From positions 44,911 through 108,910 of the forward strand of contig JALTFL010000005.1 in the NCBI GenBank assembly GCA_027007025.1: a stretch of DNA of 64,000 nt, in the 5' to 3' direction. The notes below the pieces were generated by a model. It made no database searches. It had not been told where the DNA came from and was given only the letters and a program-made list of their open reading frames with translations. The stretch comes from Nanobdellati archaeon (GTDB lineage Archaea; Nanobdellota; Nanobdellia; CSSed11-243R1). Numbering within the stretch: the stretch's first letter is position 1; every line of letters begins with the position of its first letter. A program made the position numbers and the translations under genes. Below, in pieces: positions 17,509-27,160 of this stretch.

Positions 17509-18285
17509 ATGGAAATTGACAATGAGATTAAAAAGCTGCTAAAAGATAAAAAATTAGTGTCAATATATGAAATGCTGTCGAATGATGCTGAGGTTAAGGC
17601 GCTTGTGAGATATACAAATATCGTTTCTATAAAGCGACTTGGTTACAATGACCATGGAGAAACCCACTCAAAGATAACCACGCGAAACGCCCTTCACTTG
17701 CTCAATTTGCTTTCTAAAACTATAAATCCGAATATTGTTAAGGAGAAATTGGGGGATTATAACGATGCGAAGCTTGCAGTTATGCTTTCAGCGTACCTTC
17801 ATGATATTGGGATTTCTGTCAATAGGCAGAACCACGAGGAATTCTCCGTTGTTTTGGCGCAACCGATTTTGAGGAGGTTTCTTTATGATTATTATGGAGA
17901 TAATGAAAAAAAGATATCCACCATCTTGCCTATAATACTTGAGGGTATAATATGCCACATGGCCCATTACAAGCCGTCATCTGTAGAAGGAGGTATAATT
18001 TCCGTCGCGGATGGATGTGATATGACAAAAGGTAGGGCAAGAATTCCGTTCCATATAGGAGAGAGGGACATACACGAGTACTCCGCGATGGCGATTGATG
18101 AAGTCAGCATAAAACGCGGAAAGAATAAGCCGGTAAAGATTACGGTAAAGATGAGCAGTGCTGCAGGTGTTTTTCAGGTTGAGGATATACTTTTAACCAA
18201 ACTAAGGAACTCTGGATTAAGTAAGTATATCAAAGTTGAGTCTATTGTGAGTGAAAGGGGAAACATTTACAAGGACACGTATTAG
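17509..18285 (+). CDS. HD-domain phosphohydrolase
   Basis: GETHS...YLHDIG metal-binding pattern. Confidence 0.7.
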   Translation: MEIDNEIKKLLKDKKLVSIYEMLSNDAEVKALVRYTNIVSIKRLGYNDHGETHSKITTRNALHLLNLLSKTINPNIVKEKLGDYNDAKLAVMLSAYLHDIGISVNRQNHEEFSVVLAQPILRRFLYDYYGDNEKKISTILPIILEGIICHMAHYKPSSVEGGIISVADGCDMTKGRARIPFHIGERDIHEYSAMAIDEVSIKRGKNKPVKITVKMSSAAGVFQVEDILLTKLRNSGLSKYIKVESIVSERGNIYKDTY

Positions 18286-19013
18286 AAGGGGAGCTTCCTA
18301 AGGAACACAAGGTAAGAATTTCTTTTTATTTTGACTCTGAATTTTATTTCTGATGTGGCGTCCTTCAGTATTATTTTTGCTATTTTTATTGTTTTGAGGC
18401 TTGTTTCTTTTGCGGCGTCCAAAAGCTCTTCGACTTGGCTTATATTGGGCAAGTAGCACACAAGAAACCCTCCAACTTTCAGCGCCTTTTCTGCGTGCTT
18501 CAACGAGTTCCAGGGGTCGGGCATGTCCAATATAACAACATCAACATTTTTCTCGCGGATTCCGTCATGGGTGCTTTTGTTTTTGAATTTTACGTATTTT
18601 GAAAGCCCGAACATCTTCACGTTTTCTTTTGCGATTTTCAGAAAGTCTTCCCTCTTCTCGTATGAGTACACCTTCCCTTCTGGCTTGACAATGTTAGCGA
18701 GGTATGATGTCAGCGCCCCGCTGCCGCTTCCAGCCTCGACTACTTTTGTTCCGGAGGATATTCCAGTGTATGCCGCTATAAATGCTGCATCTTTTAGGGT
18801 TATTATCTGCGGGCCTCTCTTGATATTCTCAAACTTATCGACAAAATCCGCCTCGAGCACAATTATTTTTTTGCCGGCGCTCGTTGTGATTACGTCGCCG
18901 TGCTTCGCCTTCTTGATTTTTTTTGTTTCTATTACTCCAAGATAAGTATTTACTTGGTCTTTTGATAAATCAATATTTAATTTTTTGCCATTTTCATCAA
19001 AGAGGATTTTCAT
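18282..19013 (-). CDS. trmI: tRNA (adenine-N1)-methyltransferase TrmI/Gcd14 family
   Basis: GPQIITLKDAAFI, SAM motif VVEAGSGSGALT and DVVILDMPDPW. Start moved to the ATG at 19013 (MKILFDENG). Confidence 0.85.
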   Translation of the reverse strand: MKILFDENGKKLNIDLSKDQVNTYLGVIETKKIKKAKHGDVITTSAGKKIIVLEADFVDKFENIKRGPQIITLKDAAFIAAYTGISSGTKVVEAGSGSGALTSYLANIVKPEGKVYSYEKREDFLKIAKENVKMFGLSKYVKFKNKSTHDGIREKNVDVVILDMPDPWNSLKHAEKALKVGGFLVCYLPNISQVEELLDAAKETSLKTIKIAKIILKDATSEIKFRVKIKRNSYLVFLRKLPF

Positions 19014-19047
19014 AAGTCTTTTAAACCTTCTTTCTTTTTTATTCTTA

Positions 19048-19728
19048 ATGGAAACAGTTTTTGTGCCCGTGGAATACAAGAAACCTCTTAGTGATGAGTT
19101 TATGGAGAAAGTCGCTGAGATTTCATGCAACAAAGTTGGAATTTTTACCACAATTCAATATTTGAATCAGCTTAGTCAGCTTGAAGAGTTTTTGAAGAGC
19201 AAAGGAAAAGAAGTGTTCATAGGGAATCCCACCTATAGAGCAGTTAAAAAAGGGCAGGTTCTCGGTTGCGATGTAACATCTCCGCTTTCTGTTTCAAAAT
19301 ATGTTGATTGTTATATTTACCTTGGAAGTGGTTATTTCCACTCCATATCTCTCTCGCTTGAGTTGGACAAGCCAATCTTTCAGGCAAATCCAGTGACGGA
19401 GATTGTGAATCCAGTGAATCAAAGCGAGGTTGAGAGATACAAAAAATTAAGGAAAGAAACGATTTCAAAGGCAAAAAAAGCAAAGGTTTATGGGATTCTT
19501 GTGTGTACAAAGCCAGGGCAATATGCTCTTGGACTTGCAAAAGAATTAAAGAAAAAAATAGAAGCGAAAGGAAAGAAAGCGTATATATTCATGTTTGAAA
19601 CGTTGTCGCCTGAATCTCTTTTGGACTTCCCAAACATTGAAGCATGGGTCAACACAGCATGCCCAAGAATAGCAATTGACGACATCGAAAGGTTTGACAG
19701 ACCTGTAATAAATCCTGGTGATTTGTGA
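19048..19728 (+). CDS. dph2: diphthamide synthesis protein Dph2, N-terminally short form
   Basis: GQVLGCD and NTACPRIAIDD match the second and third Fe-S cysteine regions of archaeal Dph2. The protein starts at a position equivalent to about residue 90 of Pyrococcus Dph2. Confidence 0.8.
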   Translation: METVFVPVEYKKPLSDEFMEKVAEISCNKVGIFTTIQYLNQLSQLEEFLKSKGKEVFIGNPTYRAVKKGQVLGCDVTSPLSVSKYVDCYIYLGSGYFHSISLSLELDKPIFQANPVTEIVNPVNQSEVERYKKLRKETISKAKKAKVYGILVCTKPGQYALGLAKELKKKIEAKGKKAYIFMFETLSPESLLDFPNIEAWVNTACPRIAIDDIERFDRPVINPGDL

Positions 19729-20456
19729 TGATAGGTTCGATTTTGCTTATTTTGATGTATATGTTGCTTGTGATTATTGGACTAATTAGCGTTGATGTGA
19801 TTAACAGAAAATTTGTGCACAGAGAAATAAGGCACAAAAAGTCAATCGCAATGGGAATTTTTTTAGCTGCTTATACTCTTCTTGTGTTTTCGCTTTATTA
19901 TTCCCTTTCTTTTGATGGCGTTCTCTGGGGAAGCCCTCACTTTTGGGTATTTGCTCTTTTCGCATTTATAGGCTTGCCAGTTTCAGTAGCTTTGACTGTC
20001 GGAGCATATTTACTTTACTTTAAAAATTTCTCCGTAAAATCTATAGTTGTTTTAATTGTTTCCATGTTTTTGTTTTCTTTTGCGGCGTCGAATTTTCATG
20101 ATTTTGTTTGGTGTGCTCATGCGACAAATTTTTACACACATGCGAAGGCAGGTAGCTACGACTTGGAAGTTTGGAGATATGTACTTGGTATGCCAAATGA
20201 TTACCGAATATTTGGTGGGTTCATGACTTTGCTTATGTCGATTTGGATGTTTTTGGGATTTAAATTTGCAAACAGCTTTTTGAGAGATATAAATAAAAAG
20301 TTTGTTTTTGCTGGGGTACTTTTATTGGGTTCCTTCCTCTATTTTGTTGATATGGCTCCTTTTTACGGACGAATTGTTGTAATCCTCTCAACGGCAACGC
20401 TGCTTCCCCTTTCAATTTATTCTTTTATAAAATCGTTTGAGAAAGTAAAATGGTAA
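19725..20456 (+). CDS. polytopic membrane protein
   Basis: 243 aa, about 7 hydrophobic segments. Its start overlaps the dph2 stop. Confidence 0.5.
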   Translation: MMIGSILLILMYMLLVIIGLISVDVINRKFVHREIRHKKSIAMGIFLAAYTLLVFSLYYSLSFDGVLWGSPHFWVFALFAFIGLPVSVALTVGAYLLYFKNFSVKSIVVLIVSMFLFSFAASNFHDFVWCAHATNFYTHAKAGSYDLEVWRYVLGMPNDYRIFGGFMTLLMSIWMFLGFKFANSFLRDINKKFVFAGVLLLGSFLYFVDMAPFYGRIVVILSTATLLPLSIYSFIKSFEKVKW

Positions 20457-21235
20457 AATTTGGACAGCACTTTATAAAAAGCGAAAGCCTGCTAAAGGAA
20501 ATAGCAGATTATGCGCATATTTCTAAAAATGATGTTGTTGTTGAGATAGGTGCCGCTGACGGCAGGTTGACAAAGTACTTGACGGGCGCCAGGAAAGTTT
20601 ATGCTGTTGAAATAGACAAAAAATTAATCCCAAAACTTGAAGCGCGTAAGTTTGAAAATGTTGAAATAATAAATAAAGATGTGCTTGAATTTGAGTTTCC
20701 AAAAAATGTAAATAAGATAATTGGGAATTTGCCGTATGAAATTTCATCACCCATTACAGAAAAAATCTTGCTGTTCCTTAACTCACAATTGCATTCTGGC
20801 GTCAAAAATTTGCTTGCAATTCTCATGTATCAGCGGGAGTTTGCTGAGAGGATGACTGCATTTCCAGGGATAAAGGACTACTCCCGCCTTTCGGTGCTGG
20901 TTAATTATTACGCAGACTGCGAGATTATCAAAAGCATTTCAAAGGGTGTTTTTCGCCCGCTTCCAAAGGTTGATTCATCCTTGGTTAAGTTGATTCCTAA
21001 AGATGTAAAAAGAGATGACAGTCTTTTTGAAGTAGTGAGAATGCTTTTCACACACAAGAACAAGAAGGTAATTAATGCGCTGATAGACTCGAGACAATTT
21101 TTGAAAATTAAGGATAAAAGCAGGCTAAGAACAGAACTTCCAAAACTGCTCGGCAAGCTTGGAGAAATAAAAGTTTTTTATTTAGAGATTGATGATATAA
21201 TTGAGATAAAAGAAAGGATAAAAGATTTTATTTAA
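20450..21235 (+). CDS. ksgA: 16S rRNA dimethyladenosine transferase KsgA/Dim1
   Basis: FGQHFI, VVEIGAADGRLT and NLPYEISSPI. Confidence 0.9.
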   Translation: MVKFGQHFIKSESLLKEIADYAHISKNDVVVEIGAADGRLTKYLTGARKVYAVEIDKKLIPKLEARKFENVEIINKDVLEFEFPKNVNKIIGNLPYEISSPITEKILLFLNSQLHSGVKNLLAILMYQREFAERMTAFPGIKDYSRLSVLVNYYADCEIIKSISKGVFRPLPKVDSSLVKLIPKDVKRDDSLFEVVRMLFTHKNKKVINALIDSRQFLKIKDKSRLRTELPKLLGKLGEIKVFYLEIDDIIEIKERIKDFI

Positions 21236-21244
21236 GGTGATTAA

Positions 21245-21691
21245 ATGTCAAAATTCCCAATACATTCCCCAATACATTCAATACATGGAGAAACCTTTTG
21301 CCACGAAAGCGAAGACATTGAGAAAGTCAAAAAGGCGTTTGAGTTGTTTTTTAGTAAGAAGGACATAAAGCAGAAATCTCGGGACGGCGCATATGGCACT
21401 AAAGTGAAGATATTATCCGCAGATGTAAAAGGTAAAAAAGCACAAAAAACACTGGACTTTATTGTCTCATCTCTTTCAAGAAAGGACAAAGAAACATTGT
21501 CAGGTGAAATACGCAAACGTATAGATGATGATGGCAAGTTTTATATGCGCTTTGACAAGCAGCAGGCGTTCAAGAATGAAAAAATTGTTTTGTGCAATTG
21601 CGAGGATGCTGTACAAATTATAATCTCGCTGGAGGGTTACCCAGCTAAGATTGGGAATTTTGTCGAATCTGCCCGCAAGATTTTTTCATAA
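21245..21691 (+). CDS. small RNA-binding protein of the 'predicted exosome subunit' (COG1325-like) type
   Basis: The HGETFCHESEDIEKV motif and the ~148-aa size resemble that family. It sits next to ksgA, as in the archaeal superoperon. Recognition is from memory only. Confidence 0.45.
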   Translation: MSKFPIHSPIHSIHGETFCHESEDIEKVKKAFELFFSKKDIKQKSRDGAYGTKVKILSADVKGKKAQKTLDFIVSSLSRKDKETLSGEIRKRIDDDGKFYMRFDKQQAFKNEKIVLCNCEDAVQIIISLEGYPAKIGNFVESARKIFS

Positions 21692-21733
21692 TGTTTTTAA
21701 GTTAGGGTTTTATTCTATTTATTGGTGAACAAA

Positions 21734-22582
21734 ATGGTTTTTGATAAACAAACTATTGTTGAAAAGTATGAAAATCAATTCAAAGTTAAAGACATGAAAA
21801 ATAAGCATATTTTTCATGATATTTATACAAGAGTTGGAGACCCAGAGGAGCTTAGGGGGTTCATAGTTGAACTTCTGCAGGATTCTGACTGGAAAACTTC
21901 AATCAATGAGCTGACGAAATTCGAAGATGAGGAGATGGAACCCATTTTTCGCGGAGGCAGGTTGAAACCAATTCGAAGCATAATCAAAGCATTCAAGCAG
22001 ATAAAAAAAGGTCCTAAATATCCATGGGTTTGGAAATTGTTTTTCCTTATCGGTGCGGGTTTTCTTGGATTATATTTGTATGCGTTAATGGTGCCAAACA
22101 ACTGGAATATGAATTTGATTCTTGAGGTGACACCTGTATGGTTCATACTTGCATTGATTGTATACAGCATCAAAGAGACAGTTTCCCTCGCGATGTGGGT
22201 AAAAATATCAGGTGTTTATGACATTAATGACGGCAATGCAGATGTGAGAATCGTCCTCGCGGCTGATGCTGACAAGAAAGATAAGGAAGCGTTTGACAAG
22301 TTGGAAGAAGATATGTCTGAGATTTACAGCGTTTTGAACAGAAAATATGTTCCAAGAAAGAAGCCAACAAAAACGGAAATTGTAAAAGTTTTAAAGCCGA
22401 AGAAAAAGCAGCCTGAATTATCATTGATGAAGACTATGAAGGATATTGACCAACAGATTGCGACATTGAACAAGAGATTTATCAATAAAGAGATATCAGA
22501 AGAGACGTATAAGGAACTCAAGAACGAGCTGGAAAAGAGAAAAACAAAGGCAGAAACAGTTTTGGACTTGCTTTCAATTTGA
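21734..22582 (+). CDS. membrane protein with C-terminal SHOCT-like helix
   Basis: Two central TM segments. The C-terminus RFINKEISEETYKELKNEL resembles the SHOCT motif. Confidence 0.5.
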   Translation: MVFDKQTIVEKYENQFKVKDMKNKHIFHDIYTRVGDPEELRGFIVELLQDSDWKTSINELTKFEDEEMEPIFRGGRLKPIRSIIKAFKQIKKGPKYPWVWKLFFLIGAGFLGLYLYALMVPNNWNMNLILEVTPVWFILALIVYSIKETVSLAMWVKISGVYDINDGNADVRIVLAADADKKDKEAFDKLEEDMSEIYSVLNRKYVPRKKPTKTEIVKVLKPKKKQPELSLMKTMKDIDQQIATLNKRFINKEISEETYKELKNELEKRKTKAETVLDLLSI

Positions 22583-22599
22583 TTTTTAATTTTTTCTTT

Positions 22600-23160
22600 T
22601 TATCCCACAAACAATCTATACTTATCTTTGTTCTGAAGTTCTTCAAGAATTCTTTTGATTATGCTTTGCTTTGGGTCCGGAATTAGTTTTATCCTGTTTT
22701 TTATATCCTCATACGACTCAAACGGCTTTTCTTTTCTTGCGTCTATAATATCCCACATATGTTTCTTTCCAATCCCAGGTATAATCTCGAGAGTGTGGAG
22801 TCTGGTTGATATTGGACCACACTTGTTGAAGAATTCCACGAATTTTTTCTCTTTTTCCTCAACCATTTTTTCAATTAAATTCTTCAGCTCGCCTTCGGCG
22901 GTTTTACTTAATGTTTCATAATCTATTCTTCCTGCTACATGATGAATTCTGTCTCTCTTGTCCGGGCCAATATACACTCTTTCACCAGGCTTTAGAAATA
23001 CACCTTTTTTTGGGACAACTTCTAACAAAACGAGGTGGTTCTCACCGAGAACTTGCGCTAAAGGAATCCTCCGAGCTGAGTTCGCGTGCCCGTGAGGAAG
23101 AAAATCCAATACTATACCATAATCTTCTCTTGGTGTTGCTCGTCTTTCCATATACTTCAC
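22600..23160 (-). CDS. DUF655/COG1491 nucleic-acid-binding protein (OB-like domain plus HhH)
   Basis: EDYGIVLDFLPHGH...PISTRLHTLEIIPGIGKKHMWDIIDAR. It follows rpoF and L21e in the conserved order. Confidence 0.75.
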   Translation of the reverse strand: MKYMERRATPREDYGIVLDFLPHGHANSARRIPLAQVLGENHLVLLEVVPKKGVFLKPGERVYIGPDKRDRIHHVAGRIDYETLSKTAEGELKNLIEKMVEEKEKKFVEFFNKCGPISTRLHTLEIIPGIGKKHMWDIIDARKEKPFESYEDIKNRIKLIPDPKQSIIKRILEELQNKDKYRLFVG

Positions 23161-23501
23161 TTTTCATATTTTTTCACTATTTCTATGATTTTTTGCATTT
23201 CTTCTTCGTTAAACTGCATTTTTGATTTTGCAAGTATGACTTTTAAATCGTCAATATCCTTTGGCAAGATATCCACAATTTTTATAATTTGGTCATCTTT
23301 GAGCTTTCTCATTTCGAGAGATGAAAGCTCCTTAACCAGCTTTTCCGCCTTTTTGGCGTCAAGTTTTGAAAACTTTTTGGCATGTTCATAAGCCAATTTT
23401 TGCTCGTATCCTTTTTCTTCTATCTTTTCAAGTATTTCTTTCACTTTTGAGATAGGTATGAATGTTTCTTTTACTTCTTCATAATCAACCAAAATAATCA
23501 C
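23157..23501 (-). CDS. rpoF: DNA-directed RNA polymerase subunit Rpo4 (RpoF)
   Basis: 114 aa, helical. It lies between L21e and DUF655. The pattern EQKLAYEHAKKFSKL...IVDILPK fits. Confidence 0.8.
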   Translation of the reverse strand: MIILVDYEEVKETFIPISKVKEILEKIEEKGYEQKLAYEHAKKFSKLDAKKAEKLVKELSSLEMRKLKDDQIIKIVDILPKDIDDLKVILAKSKMQFNEEEMQKIIEIVKKYEK

Positions 23502-23502
23502 C

Positions 23503-23793
23503 CTACACTTTCTTTAAGTGGGTTGGCGCGCAAATAACTTTCTTATATTTGTTGCCTTCCTTAATTTCAATAATATAAGACTTTCCTTTCTTTTCAAGGA
23601 CTTTCCCATGCTTTCCAATGAATCTCTTGTGAGGCATACCCTTGTGGTATGATGAATCAATATCAACTATAACTCTCTCATCTACTTTGAACTCTTGTAA
23701 GTGGGAGCTTAACCTGAGTTTTCCTCTTTCCCTTGGCTTTTTTCTAAGTTTTCTACGTGTTCCTACCCTAAATCCATGTGAACGTGTTACCAT
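23503..23793 (-). CDS. rpl21e: 50S ribosomal protein L21e
   Basis: MVTRSHGFRVGTRRKL...HKGMPHKRFIGKHGKV. Confidence 0.9.
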   Translation of the reverse strand: MVTRSHGFRVGTRRKLRKKPRERGKLRLSSHLQEFKVDERVIVDIDSSYHKGMPHKRFIGKHGKVLEKKGKSYIIEIKEGNKYKKVICAPTHLKKV

Positions 23794-23995
23794 AGGAAAA
23801 ACAAATAACAATGGGTTTTTAAATCTTTAGATAGTAGAATTTCATTTGTAACTTTTAGTTAGTAGTAACATATAGTAAAGTTTATAAATATTAATGGTGT
23901 AATAAATTATGATTTGGAGGCTTATTACTAAGTCTCTTAATTGTGGCTTACCTCCGACTCACCAGCCTCCAAATCGACTTTTTGTTTTTTTAGAA

Positions 23996-25198
23996 ATGGT
24001 TATATACCTATTTTTTCTTTCATTTTTTATGATAAATATATTTTTATTCCTTGCATTTGTGTTCGCTGCTACTTTTATTATTGGAAGGATAATTGAAAAG
24101 TTTCGTGTGCCATGGATATTTGGGGCACTTTTGGTTGGTTTTTTACTTGCTATCAAAAATCCATTTTCAGCTATAACTTCTTCAAATACATTTAGTTTTC
24201 TTGCTGATTTAGGGTTGTATTTTCTTCTTTTTGTGATTGGTTTTGAAATAGATTTGAAAGAAATGCTAAAAGAAGGTAAATTTATTGTTAAATCAACCAT
24301 TGTAATTACATTGTCGGGTGCGTTGTTTGGGGCGTTGATTATTCACTTCTTTTTTGGATATAATTGGATTCTCTCATCTATTGTTGGTTTGTCTTTTGCC
24401 ACAGTTGGGGAGGCTATTTTAATACCTATTTTAGAAGAATTTAGCCTTGTTAATACTAATTTGGGTAGAGGTATACTTGGTGTTGGTGTTTTAGATGATG
24501 TTTTCGAAATCTTGGCTTTAATTCTTGTTGTTCTAGTTATTGGAGTTGGCGCTAGTAATTTTAATGTTATAACTGTAGTGGGCTCATTATTTATACTACT
24601 TTTACTTACCTTTACTTTTCAATTATTCCGTAAAGAAAAATTACGCTTTAAATTTCCAGATATAGAAGTGTTATTTTTCTTTTCGCTAGCTGTTTTATTT
24701 GTATTCATAGGTATTGGTGAATACGCCGATGCAGCTTCTATCGGTGCACTATTTGCAGGTATCAGCTTGGCGACATATCTTCCAAAGAGTAGATATACAT
24801 CTATAAAAGAGATAGTTAAATCTATTTGTTATGGATTCTTTGCTCCAATATTTTTCTTATATGTTGGATTGCTTACTAATATGTCTTATTTGCTTTCTGC
24901 TCCAGTATTAATCGCGGTTGTTGTAATAGGTACATCTCTTGCAAAAATAGGCGCAAGTTATATCATGGCGTATAAAAAATTTGGATTTAAAGATTCAACC
25001 CTTTTAGGTATTGGGCTTTCAGTTAGATTTAGTACAAGTATGATTGTTATAACATTATTACTTAAAGCAAAGCTGATTTCCAATGAAATTTTCTCAGTTA
25101 TTGTTGCATCTAGCGCTATATTAACATTTGTAATCCCAATTATTTTCTCATATACTATTGTTAAGTGGGGGCTTGCCAAGAAAAAGACATCATCATAG
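23996..25198 (+). CDS. cation:proton antiporter (CPA2/Kef-type)
   Basis: About 11 TM segments. LADLGLYFLLFVIGFEIDL and GVGVLDDV are family-typical. Start choice (ATG 23996 or 24029) is uncertain. Confidence 0.75.
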   Translation: MVIYLFFLSFFMINIFLFLAFVFAATFIIGRIIEKFRVPWIFGALLVGFLLAIKNPFSAITSSNTFSFLADLGLYFLLFVIGFEIDLKEMLKEGKFIVKSTIVITLSGALFGALIIHFFFGYNWILSSIVGLSFATVGEAILIPILEEFSLVNTNLGRGILGVGVLDDVFEILALILVVLVIGVGASNFNVITVVGSLFILLLLTFTFQLFRKEKLRFKFPDIEVLFFFSLAVLFVFIGIGEYADAASIGALFAGISLATYLPKSRYTSIKEIVKSICYGFFAPIFFLYVGLLTNMSYLLSAPVLIAVVVIGTSLAKIGASYIMAYKKFGFKDSTLLGIGLSVRFSTSMIVITLLLKAKLISNEIFSVIVASSAILTFVIPIIFSYTIVKWGLAKKKTSS

Positions 25199-25465
25199 AG
25201 ATGAGTTGTTTTTTGAAATTAGTTCTGCTTCTAAGCCGCTTAGAATGGAATTTTTTACTGCACTGGCGATTGGTGTTAGCGGAACATCAACATCATCTTC
25301 GAATTTTCTTGCGAAATAATCGCCGCCATGCCTCCCATTGAGCTTCGGCGCCATTATATCTTTTAGGTAAGAATAGGACACATATCCTACGCACGCCGTT
25401 TCGACTGTCGCATACACGCCCGCGGCGATTACTGCCATAGTTGAGATTGTGTTGATTAAATCCAT
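25193..25465 (-). CDS. hypothetical small protein
   Basis: Trimmed to MDLINT. The upstream part of the track ORF overlaps the histone-fold-like gene in another frame. Confidence 0.35.
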   Translation of the reverse strand: MDLINTISTMAVIAAGVYATVETACVGYVSYSYLKDIMAPKLNGRHGGDYFARKFEDDVDVPLTPIASAVKNSILSGLEAELISKNNSSL

Positions 25466-25550
25466 AAGAGTAACCACTATATTGTGGTATTTAAATTTTG
25501 TGATTGTGATAATCACATCACTTTTAGAAAAAGAAAAAATGAAGAGAGGA

Positions 25551-25718
25551 TTACAAGTCCTCTGGGCGCATTGTTTTCCTGCCGTTTGCCTTTGTTCTTT
25601 CTGCAGCCTCGTCAAGAATTTTTTCTACTTTCTTGCTGAGCGCGTCTCCTAAATCACCTGATGAATTTAATCCTTTTCCTTTGATGTATTCTTTTACCTT
25701 TGAACTAACTACTAACAT
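25551..25718 (-). CDS. 55-aa histone-fold-like protein (DUF1931-like)
   Basis: Hand-translated: MLVVSSKVKEYIKGKGLNSSGDLGDALSKKVEKILDEAAERTKANGRKTMRPEDL. SD GAGGTGAT is upstream. A..AGRKT...ED(L/I) matches the alpha2-L2 region of archaeal histones. Confidence 0.6.
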   Translation of the reverse strand: MLVVSSKVKEYIKGKGLNSSGDLGDALSKKVEKILDEAAERTKANGRKTMRPEDL

Positions 25719-25757
25719 CTTATCACCTCTTTATACTTAAATCAACTCTTACCCTAT

Positions 25758-26264
25758 TTAAATGTCTTTCTGGAGCAATTTATCAATGTCTTCTTGGTAA
25801 AGTTGATTTCCGCAGTATTCGCATTCATACACTACTGGCTCTTCACTTACCAATTTGAATCTCTGCCTTTGGCCCGCGTGGTAATCATGGGAAGTCACGC
25901 AATTTGGGTTTGTGCACTGCAGTATGCTGCTTAATTCCTCTGGCAGTTCAGGGTGATATTTCTCAACAACCTCATAGTTAACTATGCGGTTTATTGTAAT
26001 TTCTTTCTCTCCCGTCAGCGCGATTTTGTTTTCAAGTGTTGTGTCAATTATGTCATCTTCTATTTTGAAAACCCACTTTTTGCCATATTCTTTGCCGTCT
26101 CCTAATTTTTGGCTCGGTATGTTTGTTCTTATGTTTGCTGTAATCCCATTTGTTATGTATGGCAGCACAATCAGATACACCAATGGTCCCCTGTCTGTTG
26201 GCACGTGGTCAATGACTACTCCATTTTCAATCATAGGCATTTTTTCCCACGGTTTTTCTTTCAT
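25758..26264 (-). CDS. pyrI: aspartate carbamoyltransferase regulatory subunit
   Basis: NGVVIDHVP in the N-domain and a C-terminal Zn motif CTNPNC...CEYCG. Its start overlaps the pyrB stop. Confidence 0.85.
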   Translation of the reverse strand: MKEKPWEKMPMIENGVVIDHVPTDRGPLVYLIVLPYITNGITANIRTNIPSQKLGDGKEYGKKWVFKIEDDIIDTTLENKIALTGEKEITINRIVNYEVVEKYHPELPEELSSILQCTNPNCVTSHDYHAGQRQRFKLVSEEPVVYECEYCGNQLYQEDIDKLLQKDI

Positions 26265-27160
26265 TCTTTCACCCCCAGCAAGTCTTGAAGCAGAGCCGCT
26301 CTAACAAACCACCCATTTTGCGACTGTTCGAAATATTTTGCCTGAGGGAGATTATCCACATTCAGGTCTATTTCATTGACTCTTGGAAGAGGATGCATTA
26401 TTATGGCGCCTTCTTTCATTCTCTTTGCCATATTATAATCCATTTTGTATATTCCTGCGACTTTTTGGTATTCCTCAATTGATTCAAACCTTTCTTTTTG
26501 TATTCTTGTCATATAAATTACATCTGCGACTTCAACTATATCCTCCAGCTTTTCGAGTTGCACTATTTGTTTGTTGAATGTTTTTTCATATTCGCTTACA
26601 TACTCTGGTGGCATCTTAAGCTGTTCTGGAGAAACCAAGTAAACATCCGCCCCAAAAATTCCAAGTCCATATGTTAATGAATGTGGTGTTCTTCCATATT
26701 TCAAGTCGCCGACTATGGCAACTTTTTTTTCGGTTATGTCTCCAAATTGCCTGTGCATCGTGTACAAGTCCAAAAGCGTCTGTGTTGGATGTTCATGCTT
26801 TCCGTCACCGCCGTTGATTATTGACACTCCGTAATCTTCCGCATAGTTTGCTGCTTCCCTTGCCGCACCTTCGAGTTTGTGTCTCATCACTATCACTGAA
26901 ACGCCGTATCCGCAAATGTTCCTTATGGTGTCTGCTATTGTTTCTCCTTTCTTTGTGCTGCTGCCTTCTGCGGTAAATCCTCCAAGAATTCTTCCTCCCT
27001 GGTGCATCATCGCCGCTTCAAAGCTCATTCTAGTCCTTGTGGATGGCTCCCAAAATAGTGTAGCCATTATTTTCCCTTTTAGTTTTTTTCTGTATTCATC
27101 ATCGAGCTGATGCTCGTGTTCAATCCAGTGGCTTCTAATTTCGTCAGCCAAGTCAAACAA
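26261..27160 (-). CDS. pyrB: aspartate carbamoyltransferase catalytic subunit
   Basis: FWEPSTRTR, HPTQ and HPLPR. 27160 is a TTG. Conserved N-terminal sequence (KHILSVKDFSKEKFVYL) continues in frame upstream to an ATA at 27209-27211 with no ATG, GTG or TTG. Confidence 0.9.
   Translation of the reverse strand: MFDLADEIRSHWIEHEHQLDDEYRKKLKGKIMATLFWEPSTRTRMSFEAAMMHQGGRILGGFTAEGSSTKKGETIADTIRNICGYGVSVIVMRHKLEGAAREAANYAEDYGVSIINGGDGKHEHPTQTLLDLYTMHRQFGDITEKKVAIVGDLKYGRTPHSLTYGLGIFGADVYLVSPEQLKMPPEYVSEYEKTFNKQIVQLEKLEDIVEVADVIYMTRIQKERFESIEEYQKVAGIYKMDYNMAKRMKEGAIIMHPLPRVNEIDLNVDNLPQAKYFEQSQNGWFVRAALLQDLLGVKE

Noticed and set aside
23915-23990. Inverted repeat TGGAGGCT...AGCCTCCA (23915-23922 / 23964-23971) followed by a T-run upstream of the antiporter gene. 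Considered as a riboswitch or terminator.
   Set aside because: The stem is only 8 bp and encloses a 41-nt loop with no further convincing pairing. No known riboswitch motif was recognised. The region may simply be a 5' UTR or part of an alternative N-terminal extension.
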